DNA of 64,000 nucleotides from Pseudomonadota bacterium (GTDB lineage Bacteria > Pseudomonadota > Alphaproteobacteria > Rhizobiales > JAKSCL01): the NCBI GenBank assembly GCA_039026395.1, contig JBCCMK010000003.1, forward strand, positions 23,899-87,898, in the 5' to 3' direction. Each line of letters opens with the position of its first letter. Position 1 is the first letter of the stretch. The notes beneath the pieces are model-generated. The model searched no databases, was not told the DNA's origin, and saw nothing but the letters and a program-made list of their open reading frames with translations. This document shows, in pieces, positions 28,223 to 39,929 of the stretch. The translations under genes were made by a program, and so were the position numbers.

Positions 28223-28612
28223 GGCAACTTTTGGCAAAAATTGATCCGGGTTGAGCGAACCGCGCCGGCTCACTCATCACCATGGAAGTTGGATGGCGGG
28301 TAAACCACAAGAATCGCTCTTATCCAAGAAAATAGGGCTCCGTCACAGGACGCGCGTGCGGTCAGTCACGTCCAAATACGGGAATACACTTAGCTCAAGC
28401 GCGACAAACCTTGCCTCCTATGTGCGGAGAGGGTGGCACAGATGCGACATGAGTTCGCGAACGCACAACTTTCCGCAGGGTTTTTGTAGCGTGTAAATTT
28501 TCGGGGGATACAAACTAGGATGATTATAAAGTATGCCGCATCGCGTTTTCACGAGACTTCTATAAAGGTACTGAAAACGCCGGTTCGGCACCCCATTCCG
28601 ATGGATCGAAGA

Positions 28613-29494
28613 ATGAAGAATTTAAAACGTTCTTTTTGGACCCTCGCTGCGAGTATCGTGGTCATGATGACGGCCAGTGATGCTTTTGCTGCCCAGCCTT
28701 ATCCGTGGCAACTCGGCTTTCAGGACGCGGCGTCTCCGGTCATGGAGCGCATCAACGATTTCCACAATTTCATGCTGATCATTATCACTGCGATCACGCT
28801 CTTCGTGCTCGCGCTTTTGGTCATCGTGGTGGTTCGGTTCAACCAGAACAAGAACCCCAACCCCTCCAAAACGTCTCATAATACAGCAATTGAGGTGGCG
28901 TGGACTGTCGTGCCCATCCTCATCCTGCTGATCATCGCGGTTCCGTCGTTCCGCCTTCTTTATTACGAGCAAACAATTCCGCCAGCGGATGTGACTGTGA
29001 AGGCGATCGGCTATCAATGGTTCTGGGGTTACGAGTATCCTGATCAAGGCATAGATGAATATTCGTCGATCATGCTGGAAGATGACGAGCTTGGACCGGA
29101 AGATCCCCGCCTTTTGGCTGTTGATAACGAAGTTATCGTGCCGGTCGGGAAAAACGTCCGCGTGATTGTCACGGCAGGCGACGTCATCCACAACTGGGCG
29201 ATGCCTGCATTCGGCGTAAAGAAAGACGCCGTTCCTGGTCGCTTGAACGAAACGTGGTTCAGGGCAGATCGTGAGGGTGTCTACTACGGTATGTGCTCCG
29301 AACTCTGCGGTGTGCGGCACGCCTTTATGCCGATCGCGGTCAGGGTTGTGTCTGAGGAGCAATTCGCGGCTTGGGCAGAAACCGCCGCGGTGGACTTGGA
29401 AGAAGCAAACACGATGCTCGCTGAGATGCTTGACGCAGAAAAACAGCTCGCTGCGGTCAAAGACGAAGCGCCCGCACCCACAGCAAACAACTAG
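28613..29494 (+). CDS. ctaC: cytochrome c oxidase subunit II
   Basis: Two N-terminal TM helices and the CuA site HNWAMPAFGVKKDAVPGRLN...CSELCGVRHAFM. Confidence 0.95.
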   Translation: MKNLKRSFWTLAASIVVMMTASDAFAAQPYPWQLGFQDAASPVMERINDFHNFMLIIITAITLFVLALLVIVVVRFNQNKNPNPSKTSHNTAIEVAWTVVPILILLIIAVPSFRLLYYEQTIPPADVTVKAIGYQWFWGYEYPDQGIDEYSSIMLEDDELGPEDPRLLAVDNEVIVPVGKNVRVIVTAGDVIHNWAMPAFGVKKDAVPGRLNETWFRADREGVYYGMCSELCGVRHAFMPIAVRVVSEEQFAAWAETAAVDLEEANTMLAEMLDAEKQLAAVKDEAPAPTANN

Positions 29495-29532
29495 CCGCCG
29501 GGCATTTATCCGGCTGCTTTAGGCAAGATTAG

Positions 29533-31146
<1,614 letters not shown>

Positions 31147-31182
31147 TCGAGTGGCACGGAAAGTAGAAAGTAGCTCGTTGAT

Positions 31183-32106
31183 ATGAGTATCGCAGAAACC
31201 CATAGCGCGACCGAGGTCGGGGTGCTTCCAGGCGACGGAGAGGTTGCCGATTACTGGGAGCTTTTGAAGCCGCGTGTGATGTCACTCGTGATCTTCACGG
31301 CGCTTGTCGGCCTCGTCGTCGCGCCAGGCGGTTTGCACCCGGTCGTCGCGTTTACAGCACTCCTTTGTATCGGGGTCGGTGCGGGGGCGTCCGGTGCGCT
31401 CAACATGTGGTATGACGCCGACATTGATGCCGTGATGGAACGGACGTCCGAGCGGCCCATTCCTGCTGGAAAAGTCAGCATGGAAGCGGCGCTATCCCTG
31501 GGCGTTGTGCTGTCCATCCTCTCAGTCGGAGTGCTCGGCCTTGTCACGAACTGGATGGCAGCCGGGCTCTTGGCCTTCACAATCGTCTTTTACGTCGGCA
31601 TCTACACGATCTGGCTGAAGCGTTGGACGCCTCAGAACATCGTCATTGGTGGTGCAGCGGGTGCGTTTCCGCCAATCATTGGCTGGGTCGCGGCGACCAA
31701 CTCGTTTGCGATTGAGCCGATCGTGCTCTTTGCGATCATTTTCCTTTGGACCCCACCTCACTTCTGGGCACTGGCTCTGTTAAAATCCGATGAGTATGCG
31801 CGTGCGAACGTACCGATGCTGCCGGTCGTTTCCGGCGACCAGGAAACGCGCAAGCAGATCATAATTTACTCGGCGCTTACTGCGATCGTCGCCATGCTTC
31901 CGGTTGCAATGGGCTTTGCAGGATTTCTCTACGGGATCGTGACGGGCATTCTTGGCGTGGCCTTCATCTGGTTTTCAATCCGGCTTTACAAAACGGACAC
32001 TAAAGAAACATCGCGTCGCGCCTGTCTTGACCTTTTCGCATTCTCCATTTTGTACCTTTTTGCGATCTTTTCGGCTCTTCTGGTGGAAAAAGGTCTGCAA
32101 ATCTAA
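31183..32106 (+). CDS. ctaB: heme o synthase (protoheme IX farnesyltransferase)
   Basis: UbiA-family motif NMWYDADIDAVMERTSERPIPAG and its position in the cox cluster. Confidence 0.95.
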   Translation: MSIAETHSATEVGVLPGDGEVADYWELLKPRVMSLVIFTALVGLVVAPGGLHPVVAFTALLCIGVGAGASGALNMWYDADIDAVMERTSERPIPAGKVSMEAALSLGVVLSILSVGVLGLVTNWMAAGLLAFTIVFYVGIYTIWLKRWTPQNIVIGGAAGAFPPIIGWVAATNSFAIEPIVLFAIIFLWTPPHFWALALLKSDEYARANVPMLPVVSGDQETRKQIIIYSALTAIVAMLPVAMGFAGFLYGIVTGILGVAFIWFSIRLYKTDTKETSRRACLDLFAFSILYLFAIFSALLVEKGLQI

Positions 32107-32109
32107 GGT

Positions 32110-32274
32110 ATGAGCGACATGTCAGAGACTGGAATTGAACTCACCGAAGACCAAAAACGTCGCCGTCGTGCGCGCTCGCTAGCACTTGCTGGCATCCTGG
32201 TTGGTCTCGTCATTCTCTTTTACATCATCACCATTGTGAAGATGGGCCCCGCGATTTTGGATCGGCCTCTGTGA
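32110..32274 (+). CDS. small single-TM protein of the cox cluster (CoxF-like), absent from the ORF track
   Basis: Hand translation gives MSDMSETGIELTEDQKRRRRARSLALAGILVGLVILFYIITIVKMGPAILDRPL (54 aa). The ATG lies 3 nt after the ctaB stop, and the TGA overlaps the ctaG GTG (GTGA). Confidence 0.55.
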   Translation: MSDMSETGIELTEDQKRRRRARSLALAGILVGLVILFYIITIVKMGPAILDRPL

Positions 32275-32891
32275 GCGAAAACGCCAAAGGAAACACACGT
32301 AACGCGAAAGTCGCGTTTTATTGCGTTGGATTTGTCGGTTTCATGATCGGCATGGCTTACGCCGCCGTCCCGCTCTACGATCTCTTCTGCCGCGTCACAG
32401 GCTTTGGTGGCACCACGCAGATTGCCGAAGAGGCGCCGCAGGACATTCTCGACCGCGAAATCACCATCCGTTTCGACGCAAACATGATGCCGGGCCTCGG
32501 GTGGGAGTTTGCGCCCGAGACGAAGACCGTAACCGCGCGCATCGGTGAGACATTCATCGTCAATTACATCGCTGAGAACACGCGCCCTCACGCAACAACC
32601 GGCACGTCGACCTTTAATGTGACTCCGGGCCAAGCGGGCGGCTACTTCAACAAGATGCAGTGTTTTTGCTTCACAGAGCAAACGCTTGAACCCGGTGAGC
32701 GGGTCGTCATGCCGGTCCAATTTTTCGTGTCACCGGACGCCGTCGAAGACGCAATGATGGATGGGGTCAACACGATCACGCTGTCCTACACGTTCTTTAA
32801 GGTCGACGATCCCAACGAGGATCAGACTAAAGGTCAAACTACGTTCAGCATTGAAGAGAATACAGAGAGTAAGGATTTCGCGCGACTTTGA
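32271..32891 (+). CDS. ctaG: cytochrome c oxidase assembly protein CtaG/Cox11
   Basis: An N-terminal TM helix followed by LYDLFCRVTGFGGTT and the copper-binding CFCF motif. Confidence 0.9.
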   Translation: MSENAKGNTRNAKVAFYCVGFVGFMIGMAYAAVPLYDLFCRVTGFGGTTQIAEEAPQDILDREITIRFDANMMPGLGWEFAPETKTVTARIGETFIVNYIAENTRPHATTGTSTFNVTPGQAGGYFNKMQCFCFTEQTLEPGERVVMPVQFFVSPDAVEDAMMDGVNTITLSYTFFKVDDPNEDQTKGQTTFSIEENTESKDFARL

Positions 32892-32929
32892 TCTTGGGGA
32901 GAGATCCGCGCGCGCTGCGGAGATGAGAA

Positions 32930-33745
32930 ATGGCTGAAGCCCACGCAAAAAATCACGACTATCACCTCGTTCCACCGAGCCCATGGCCGTTCATAGCCTC
33001 GGTATCAGCCTTCATTTTGGCGATCGGCATGGTCATGTGGATGCATGGCGGCACCCCGATCCCGTTCGCAATCGGCCTACTTGGCGTCCTCTACGTCATG
33101 TTTGGCTGGTGGCGCGACGTCATCAAAGAGTCCGTTGGCGGCGACCACACACCCGTTGTCCAGCTCCATTTGCGCTACGGCATGATCCTTTTCATCGCGT
33201 CGGAGGTCATGTTCTTCGTCGCGTGGTTCTGGGCCTACTTCGACGTTTCGCTCTTCCCCGCTGACACGAAAGAGGTCGCGAGAACGGCTCTTACCGGCGG
33301 CGAGTGGCCACCAGAGGGTATCGAGACCTTCGATCCATGGCACCTCCCGCTCCTAAACACGCTGATCTTGTTGACCTCGGGCACGACTGTGACGTGGGCG
33401 CACCATGCGCTGATCCACAACGATCGGGAAGGCTTGAAATGGGGGCTCATCCTGACCGTTGGTCTGGGTATCCTGTTCTCGTTCGTTCAGGCCTATGAAT
33501 ATTCGCACGCGGCCTTTGATTTCTCCGGCCACATCTACGGTGCGACTTTCTTCATGGCGACCGGCTTCCACGGCTTCCATGTCATCGTCGGGACCATCTT
33601 CCTCGCGATCTGTCTGATGCGCGTCTACAATGGTGGCCTCTCGCCAGAGAAACACTTCGGTTTTGAAGCGGCAGCCTGGTACTGGCACTTCGTCGACGTG
33701 GTTTGGCTGTTCCTCTTCTTGTCGATCTACATTTGGGGCGCCTGA
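32930..33745 (+). CDS. ctaE: cytochrome c oxidase subunit III
   Basis: 7 TM helices and conserved [11 protein letters not shown] and [14 protein letters not shown] segments. Confidence 0.95.
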   Translation: MAEAHAKNHDYHLVPPSPWPFIASVSAFILAIGMVMWMHGGTPIPFAIGLLGVLYVMFGWWRDVIKESVGGDHTPVVQLHLRYGMILFIASEVMFFVAWFWAYFDVSLFPADTKEVARTALTGGEWPPEGIETFDPWHLPLLNTLILLTSGTTVTWAHHALIHNDREGLKWGLILTVGLGILFSFVQAYEYSHAAFDFSGHIYGATFFMATGFHGFHVIVGTIFLAICLMRVYNGGLSPEKHFGFEAAAWYWHFVDVVWLFLFLSIYIWGA

Positions 33746-33769
33746 CGTCGCTTCGGCTGCTGGATCGCC

Positions 33770-34174
33770 ATGGCGGGCCCGAAAAACGTCAAGCTCGAAA
33801 ATCGCTCCGGGCGGGAGTTTCCAGAACTTTCGCCCGCGACGACTGGCCTACAGGGCAAGTGCCCGCGTTGCGGCAATGGCAAGCTGTTTAACGGACTCCT
33901 CGATCTAGCCGAGACCTGTGAAAGTTGCGGCCTAGACTACGGCTTTGCTGATGCCGGTGATGGACCAGCAGTCTTCGTGATCTTCATTCTCGGGGCATTT
34001 GCGACAGGCGGCGTGCTCTTCACCGAGTTCGTTATTGGTGCGCCTTACGTCGCCAACCTTGTAACTTGGGGAACGGCGACGCTCATCCTCTCGATCTTCC
34101 TTCTTCGCAAGATGAAGGGCCTGCTTATCGCTCAGCAATATGTGAAGAAGGCCGCTGAAGGCCGCCTTAGCTAA
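33770..34174 (+). CDS. DUF983 domain-containing protein
   Basis: Zinc-ribbon CPRCGNGKLF...CESCGLDY followed by 2 TM helices. The position between ctaE and surf1 is conserved. Confidence 0.75.
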   Translation: MAGPKNVKLENRSGREFPELSPATTGLQGKCPRCGNGKLFNGLLDLAETCESCGLDYGFADAGDGPAVFVIFILGAFATGGVLFTEFVIGAPYVANLVTWGTATLILSIFLLRKMKGLLIAQQYVKKAAEGRLS

Positions 34175-34182
34175 GAAGCATC

Positions 34183-34926
34183 ATGAGACGCCTAATCATT
34201 CCAGCGATCGCCGCTATCATTGCGTTCGCCATCCTGATGGGACTCGGGACGTGGCAGATGCAGAGGCTCGCCTGGAAAGAGGCGCTGATCGCCAAGATCG
34301 ACGCGCGGATCGTCGCTGAACCCGTCGATATCAATACGGCCTTGATGCGCTTCAATGCAGGCGAGGATATTGAGTATACGCGCATTACCGTGGCCGGAAC
34401 GTATGATCACGCCAAAGAGTTGCACGTGTTCCAGGTCGGTGATGCCGGGCCCGGTTGGCACATCTACACGCCGCTTGAACTGGAGAGTGGTGCGACAGTC
34501 ATCGTAAACCGCGGTTACGTCCCTCTGGCGCGGAAGGAGGCCGAGAGCCGTGCCGATAGTCAGCCGGAAGGCCGTGTTCAGATCGCGGGGCTGTTGCGTG
34601 GTCAAAGCGAAAAGGGGCTTTTTGGCAACGACAATGATCCGATGGCCAATGAATGGTATTGGCGGGATGTCGTCGGCATGGCGCAGGCGATGGGGCTCGA
34701 TGAACCGCCGATTGCTCAAGCCGAGATGCCGACTGTTCCATTCACCTATCCCTTCGTAATCGACGCTGAGGCTGGTGGTGATCCGGGCGATATCCCGGAA
34801 GACGGCACGACGATCATCGAACTTTCAAACCGCCATTTCGGTTACGCCCTCACATGGTATGGGCTTGGCGGAACACTGGTGCTCGTGGCAGGACCGTTTC
34901 TGTGGAGACGATGGAGGCAGGCATGA
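34183..34926 (+). CDS. SURF1 family cytochrome oxidase biogenesis protein
   Basis: N- and C-terminal TM helices, LGTWQMQRLAWKEALI and VNRGYVP motifs. Confidence 0.85.
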   Translation: MRRLIIPAIAAIIAFAILMGLGTWQMQRLAWKEALIAKIDARIVAEPVDINTALMRFNAGEDIEYTRITVAGTYDHAKELHVFQVGDAGPGWHIYTPLELESGATVIVNRGYVPLARKEAESRADSQPEGRVQIAGLLRGQSEKGLFGNDNDPMANEWYWRDVVGMAQAMGLDEPPIAQAEMPTVPFTYPFVIDAEAGGDPGDIPEDGTTIIELSNRHFGYALTWYGLGGTLVLVAGPFLWRRWRQA

Positions 34927-36416
34927 CCGCCTATGAGCGGCTATCTGAGAGGTTTCAGAAGATTTCAGATATCGGGTCGGCATCTGCGATCCTGGGCTGG
35001 GATCGCCAGGTGATCATGCCCGATGGCGGGTCGGAGTCGCGCACGCGGACATTGGCGGCACTCTCCACCCTGACCCATGAATGGGTCAGCGAGCCGGAAG
35101 TCGGCGATTGGCTCGACGAGGCAGAGGCAAGCCCACCGAACGACGCGTGGAAGCGGGCCAATTTGCGGGCCATGCGATGTGAGTATCGCAATGCAACAGC
35201 GATCCCGTCTGACCTTGTTCGCGCATTGACGATTGCTGAAAATGAGACGGAAATGGCGTGGCGGTCAGCGCGGGAGAATGATGATTTCTCAGCGCTGGCG
35301 GGGCCGCTCGCAAAACTCGTCGATCTGGTCTGCAGCCAAGCCGATGCGCTCCGCGATGGCCGTGATCTGAGCCGCTACAACGCGCTCCTTGATCTTTATG
35401 ATCCAGGGCGGACGAGCGAAGAGATCGACGGGATATTCGCGGTTTTGGAGCAGCGAATACCCGGCCTCCTTGAGGCGGCGCTGGAAAAACAAAACGCTTC
35501 TGAGCCGGCGATCACGCCGCCTGGTACCTTCTCGACAACATCTCAAAAAGCACTTGGTGAAGCCGTCATGGCGGCGCTCGGCTTTGATTTTGGGCGAGGG
35601 CGGCTGGATACAAGCCTTCATCCGTTCTCCGGTGGTTTGCCCGACGATAGCCGCATCACGACGCGCTATGATGAGGCGGACTTCACCACGTCATTGATGG
35701 GTGTCATCCATGAGACGGGTCATGCGGTCTACGAGCAGGGGCTACCGAAAGACTGGCGCGGACAGCCCGTGGGGCAGTCCTACGGCATGACGGTGCATGA
35801 AAGCCAAAGCCTTCTCTTCGAGATGCAAGTCGGCCGCTCTCCGGAATTCATTGGCTTCCTCACACCGCTGGTGAAAGAGCATTTCGGCGTCGATGGCCCC
35901 GCTTTTCACGCGAGTAACCTCAAAAAGCTCTATCACAAGGTCGAACGCGGTTTCATTCGCGTCGATGCCGACGAGATCACCTATCCGCTCCATGTGATCC
36001 TTCGCTATCGGCTTGAGCAAGCTATGCTTGCGGGCGATCTCTCTGTCGCTGATCTTCCTGGAGCGTGGAACGATATCATGGCGAAGCTCGTTGGCGTCAC
36101 ACCGCCGAACGATAAGCTTGGTTGCCTTCAAGACATCCATTGGCCATCGGGCGCCTTTGGCTATTTCCCAACCTATACGCTTGGCGCGATCGGTGCGGCG
36201 CAATTGATAGCGGCCGCCCGCGAAAAGCTCAGCGGTTTGATGGACGAGATCGCGGAAGGCAAGATCGATAAGCTTCTCGATTGGCTTCGCGATGAAATCC
36301 ACTCCAAGGGCAAGCTGACTTCGCCCGATGCGATGTTCCGATCCGCGACAGGTGAGGGGCTGGACGCGATGGCGCTAATTTCGCATCTTGAGCACCGCTA
36401 CCTCGATAAGTCCTAG
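34923..36416 (+). CDS. carboxypeptidase M32 (Taq-type metallocarboxypeptidase)
   Basis: HETGHAVYEQG (HExxH), HESQS and IRVDADEITYPLHVILRY motifs. The ATG at 34923 overlaps the surf1 stop (ATGA). Confidence 0.9.
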   Translation: MTAYERLSERFQKISDIGSASAILGWDRQVIMPDGGSESRTRTLAALSTLTHEWVSEPEVGDWLDEAEASPPNDAWKRANLRAMRCEYRNATAIPSDLVRALTIAENETEMAWRSARENDDFSALAGPLAKLVDLVCSQADALRDGRDLSRYNALLDLYDPGRTSEEIDGIFAVLEQRIPGLLEAALEKQNASEPAITPPGTFSTTSQKALGEAVMAALGFDFGRGRLDTSLHPFSGGLPDDSRITTRYDEADFTTSLMGVIHETGHAVYEQGLPKDWRGQPVGQSYGMTVHESQSLLFEMQVGRSPEFIGFLTPLVKEHFGVDGPAFHASNLKKLYHKVERGFIRVDADEITYPLHVILRYRLEQAMLAGDLSVADLPGAWNDIMAKLVGVTPPNDKLGCLQDIHWPSGAFGYFPTYTLGAIGAAQLIAAAREKLSGLMDEIAEGKIDKLLDWLRDEIHSKGKLTSPDAMFRSATGEGLDAMALISHLEHRYLDKS

Positions 36417-36427
36417 GAGACGACGCG

Positions 36428-37843
36428 TTGCAGTACATTTCCACGCGTGGAACGGCCCCCGAGCTTGGGTTTTCGGACACGGTCCTGTCCGGCCTTGCGC
36501 GTGATGGCGGTCTCTATGTCCCACACGATTGGCCGCAACTCTCGCCTTCGGAGATCGCAGCGATGCGCGGCGCACCCTACAGCGACGTCGCCTTCCAGGT
36601 GCTGAAGCCCTTTGTCGGTGGTGAGATCACGGATACCGCATTAGAGCGAATGATCAACGAGGCCTATGCCACATTCCGGCATCCTGCCGTTGCGCCGCTC
36701 GTCCAGATTGACCCGTCACATTTCATATTAGAGCTCTTTCACGGTCCGACGCTCGCGTTCAAAGACGTCGCGATGCAGCTTCTGGCGCGTCTCATGGATC
36801 ATATCCTGACGGAACGGGGTGAGCGCGCGACGATCGTCGGGGCGACGTCTGGCGACACGGGTGGTGCCGCGATTGACGCGTTTAAAGACTGCGAGCGCGT
36901 CGACATTTTCATCCTCTATCCGCAAGGACGGGTAAGTGAAGTCCAGCGCCGTCAAATGACGACGGTTGGCGGAAATTCGGTCCACGCCGTCGCGGTGGAC
37001 GGCAATTTTGACGACTGCCAGGCACTCGTCAAAGCCATGTTCAATGATTTCACCTTCCGCGATCGCGTGCGCCTGTCGGGCGTAAACTCGATCAATTGGG
37101 GGCGGATCATGGCGCAGGCGGTCTACTATTTCACCGCCGCCGTTGCGCTCGGCTCTCCAGATCGCAAGGTTTCCTTTTCCGTGCCGACCGGCAATTTCGG
37201 AGATGTATTGGCCGGCTATGTCGCAAAGCGCATGGGACTTCCGATTGACAGGCTTGTTGTTGCGACGAACCGCAATGACATTCTGCGCCGGGCACTGCAT
37301 TCCGGTCGCTATGAAACCCAGGGCGTGGAGAAAACCCAGTCGCCGTCGATGGACATTCAGGTCTCGTCGAATTTTGAGCGCTTGCTTTTCGATGCGCAGG
37401 ACCGCGCAGCGGATGATGTCGTGCGGCAGATGGAAACGCTGAAGCAATCAGGTGCGTTCACTATTCCAGACGGCGCGCTGACCCGCATTACGGGTGAGTT
37501 CGATGCGGCTACCGTGGACGAAAAAGAGACGGCGACCATCATGGAGGACTTGCAGGTGAAGGCGGGTTACGGCGCCGATCCGCACACTGCGGTTGGGTTT
37601 GGTGCTGCAGAAGCGACACGCAAAGGGCGTGATGTGCCGATGGTGACACTCGCGACCGCGCATCCGGCAAAGTTTCCGGATGCGGTTGCGAGCGCGACCG
37701 GCATTCATCCGGCCCTTCCGGATTGGCTGGGGGATCTCTACGACCGTGAAGAGCGCTTCAGTCACGTGCCGAACGATTTGGATGCTATCGAAGCCTTTAT
37801 TTTCGACAATGCCCGGATCAGCAAATTGGAGAAAACCGCGTGA
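36428..37843 (+). CDS. thrC: threonine synthase
   Basis: MQYISTRG N-terminus (TTG start) and the PLP-lysine motif HGPTLAFKDVAMQ. Confidence 0.95.
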   Translation: MQYISTRGTAPELGFSDTVLSGLARDGGLYVPHDWPQLSPSEIAAMRGAPYSDVAFQVLKPFVGGEITDTALERMINEAYATFRHPAVAPLVQIDPSHFILELFHGPTLAFKDVAMQLLARLMDHILTERGERATIVGATSGDTGGAAIDAFKDCERVDIFILYPQGRVSEVQRRQMTTVGGNSVHAVAVDGNFDDCQALVKAMFNDFTFRDRVRLSGVNSINWGRIMAQAVYYFTAAVALGSPDRKVSFSVPTGNFGDVLAGYVAKRMGLPIDRLVVATNRNDILRRALHSGRYETQGVEKTQSPSMDIQVSSNFERLLFDAQDRAADDVVRQMETLKQSGAFTIPDGALTRITGEFDAATVDEKETATIMEDLQVKAGYGADPHTAVGFGAAEATRKGRDVPMVTLATAHPAKFPDAVASATGIHPALPDWLGDLYDREERFSHVPNDLDAIEAFIFDNARISKLEKTA

Positions 37844-39126
37844 GTGAAGTGCGTACCACGACGCTGGACAATGGGATCACGGTTGTTACCGAGACGATGC
37901 CGCATCTTCATTCGACAGCGCTCGGGTTGTGGGTCCGGTCGGGGTCGCGCGCAGAGCACGAAGGTGAGCATGGGATCGCACACCTCCTGGAACACATGGC
38001 GTTCAAGGGGACGGAAACACGGTCGGCGCGGGACATTGCTGAGGAAATCGAGGCAGTTGGCGGTGATTTGAACGCCGTAACGAGCTTTGAGGCGACCGCC
38101 TATTACGCCCGCGTCTTGGAAGATGACGTCGATCTTGGCTTGGACCTTTTGGGTGATATCACGCTGAACGCACGCTTCGATCCGACGGAGCTCCAACGTG
38201 AGCAGCATGTCATCGAGCAAGAAATCCTGAACGCGCATGACACGCCGGACGATCTCGTTTTCGATCAATTGCAGGAATTGTCCTTTCCAGATCAAACGCT
38301 CGGGCGGTCTATCCTCGGGAGCCCAGAAAGCGTTCGTGCGTTTCGACCAAGCGATCTGAAGCTCTTTCAGGAGCGCACCTACACCTCTGATCGGATGGTG
38401 TTGTCGGTCGCGGGCGCGGTTGATCATGATCGCGTGGTCGACTACGCGACGCGCGTCTTCCAGGATACGCGCGTAACGCCCTTTGATGAAATTCCCCGCG
38501 CCGCGTTTTCAGGCGGCTATCGTGGTATTGCCCGAAAGATCGAGCAGGTGCACCTGACCCTTGGTTTTCAAGGATGTCCGTATCACGATCAGGGCGTCTT
38601 TGCCGCTCAGATCCTGGCAACGGTGCTCGGCGGTGGGATGTCGTCCCGGCTCTTTCAGGAGGTGCGTGAAAAGCGAGGCCTTTGCTACGGCGTCTACAGC
38701 TACCATTGGAGCGTTTCCGACGCTGGCATGTTTGGCATTTATGCTGCCACTGGTCCGTCAGATGTGAACGATCTCCTCACCGTCGTCTTCGATGAATTGG
38801 CTGGCGTGGGGCAGACTGTCACCGAACAGGAGGTTGGCCGGGCAAAAGCTCAATTAAAGGCGGGCCTCTTGATGAGCTTGGAAAGCCCTTCGGCTCGGAT
38901 CGAACAGATGGCGCGACATCTGGCGGTCCATGGTCGCATCGTTCCAACCTCGGAGATCGTTGAGCGGATCGATGCCGTCACCGCAGAAGACGTCATGGTC
39001 ATCGCAAATAGTCTTTTCCGCGAAAAAGCCTGCGCGATCGCGGCGGTCGGACCGAAAGCCGGACTGAAGGCGGTGGAGAAATTCGCGCGCAATCAGCCAG
39101 TTCCTCGCGATTTGGTGGACGCCTGA
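37840..39126 (+). CDS. M16 family (pitrilysin/insulinase-like) zinc peptidase
   Basis: Inverted zinc motif HLLEHMAFKGT. The GTG start overlaps the thrC stop (GTGA). Confidence 0.9.
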   Translation: MSEVRTTTLDNGITVVTETMPHLHSTALGLWVRSGSRAEHEGEHGIAHLLEHMAFKGTETRSARDIAEEIEAVGGDLNAVTSFEATAYYARVLEDDVDLGLDLLGDITLNARFDPTELQREQHVIEQEILNAHDTPDDLVFDQLQELSFPDQTLGRSILGSPESVRAFRPSDLKLFQERTYTSDRMVLSVAGAVDHDRVVDYATRVFQDTRVTPFDEIPRAAFSGGYRGIARKIEQVHLTLGFQGCPYHDQGVFAAQILATVLGGGMSSRLFQEVREKRGLCYGVYSYHWSVSDAGMFGIYAATGPSDVNDLLTVVFDELAGVGQTVTEQEVGRAKAQLKAGLLMSLESPSARIEQMARHLAVHGRIVPTSEIVERIDAVTAEDVMVIANSLFREKACAIAAVGPKAGLKAVEKFARNQPVPRDLVDA

Positions 39127-39128
39127 CA

Positions 39129-39707
39129 ATGGCCCTCTTCCGTTCGGTTTCAGCGCTCGAGACAGGACCGGTCGTTTACGGTGACGGTCTTTACCTCCGA
39201 GCACCGCAATCGACGGATTTTGCAGCCTGGGCAAGTCTGCGCCAAGAAAGTCGCGCGTTTCTCGTTCCCTGGGAGCCCTCTTGGCCGCGTGATGACCTGA
39301 CCCGTGCCGCATTCAAGCGTCGGCTTCGCCGCTACAACAAAGACATTCGCGAGGACGATGCTTATCCGTTCTTCATCTTCCGCGCTGTCGACGATGCGCT
39401 TCTCGGTGGCATAACGCTCTCCAATGTTCGCCGCGGCGTGGCGCAAACGTGCTCGCTTGGTTACTGGATCGGTGCTCCGCATGCTCGGCAGGGCTACATG
39501 ACTGCGGCGGTTCGCGCGGTGGTGCCATTCGTCTTTGATGCATTGCGCATGCATCGCCTGGAGGCAGCGTGTCTGCCGATCAACGACGCTTCAATTGCCC
39601 TTCTTGATCGCTGCGGCTTCAAACGCGAGGGATATGCGCGGCAATATCTCTGCATTAATGGCGTTTGGCAGGACCACATCCTTTTTGCCCGGTTGAAAGA
39701 CGACTGA
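39129..39707 (+). CDS. GNAT family N-acetyltransferase (RimJ/RimL-like)
   Basis: LGYWIGAPHARQGYMTAAVRAVVPFVF motif A region and a RimJ-like size. Confidence 0.8.
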   Translation: MALFRSVSALETGPVVYGDGLYLRAPQSTDFAAWASLRQESRAFLVPWEPSWPRDDLTRAAFKRRLRRYNKDIREDDAYPFFIFRAVDDALLGGITLSNVRRGVAQTCSLGYWIGAPHARQGYMTAAVRAVVPFVFDALRMHRLEAACLPINDASIALLDRCGFKREGYARQYLCINGVWQDHILFARLKDD

Positions 39708-39929
39708 CGTTACACCCACTGCGTTTATTTGGTCACAGGCAAGTTTTTTGTGGCTGAATTCTCGCTTGTGATCGCTCAATCGACTCGCTACCACTTTGAG
39801 TGGCGGTGTGTTCGCCAGACGTGATCGGGGAGTTCGGACGTTCCGACCAAACCGATCGGGAAACGAAGACGGAAGTAGAGACGAGGGCAAACCTTGCAGC
39901 TTCCCGATTGACCTGACTGGTATTGCGTT

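Noticed and set aside
28251-28496. An 81-aa ORF in the 390-nt region upstream of ctaC (coxB).
   Set aside because: The translation is Arg/Ser/His-rich, with no RBS and no motif. The region is more plausibly the cox promoter and leader, and I could not recognise a specific regulator box in it.
31159-31172. A tandem heptamer GAAAGTA x2 between ctaD and ctaB.
   Set aside because: Only two copies in a 36-nt operon-internal spacer. It is too short to call a repeat element or a binding site.
39823-39857. Nested hairpins (GATCGG...CCGATC enclosing TCGGA-cgt-TCCGA) in the leader of the GGDEF-EAL gene.
   Set aside because: The stems are short (5-6 bp), no known riboswitch signature is present, and the structure could arise by chance. 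It is mentioned under the GGDEF-EAL finding only.
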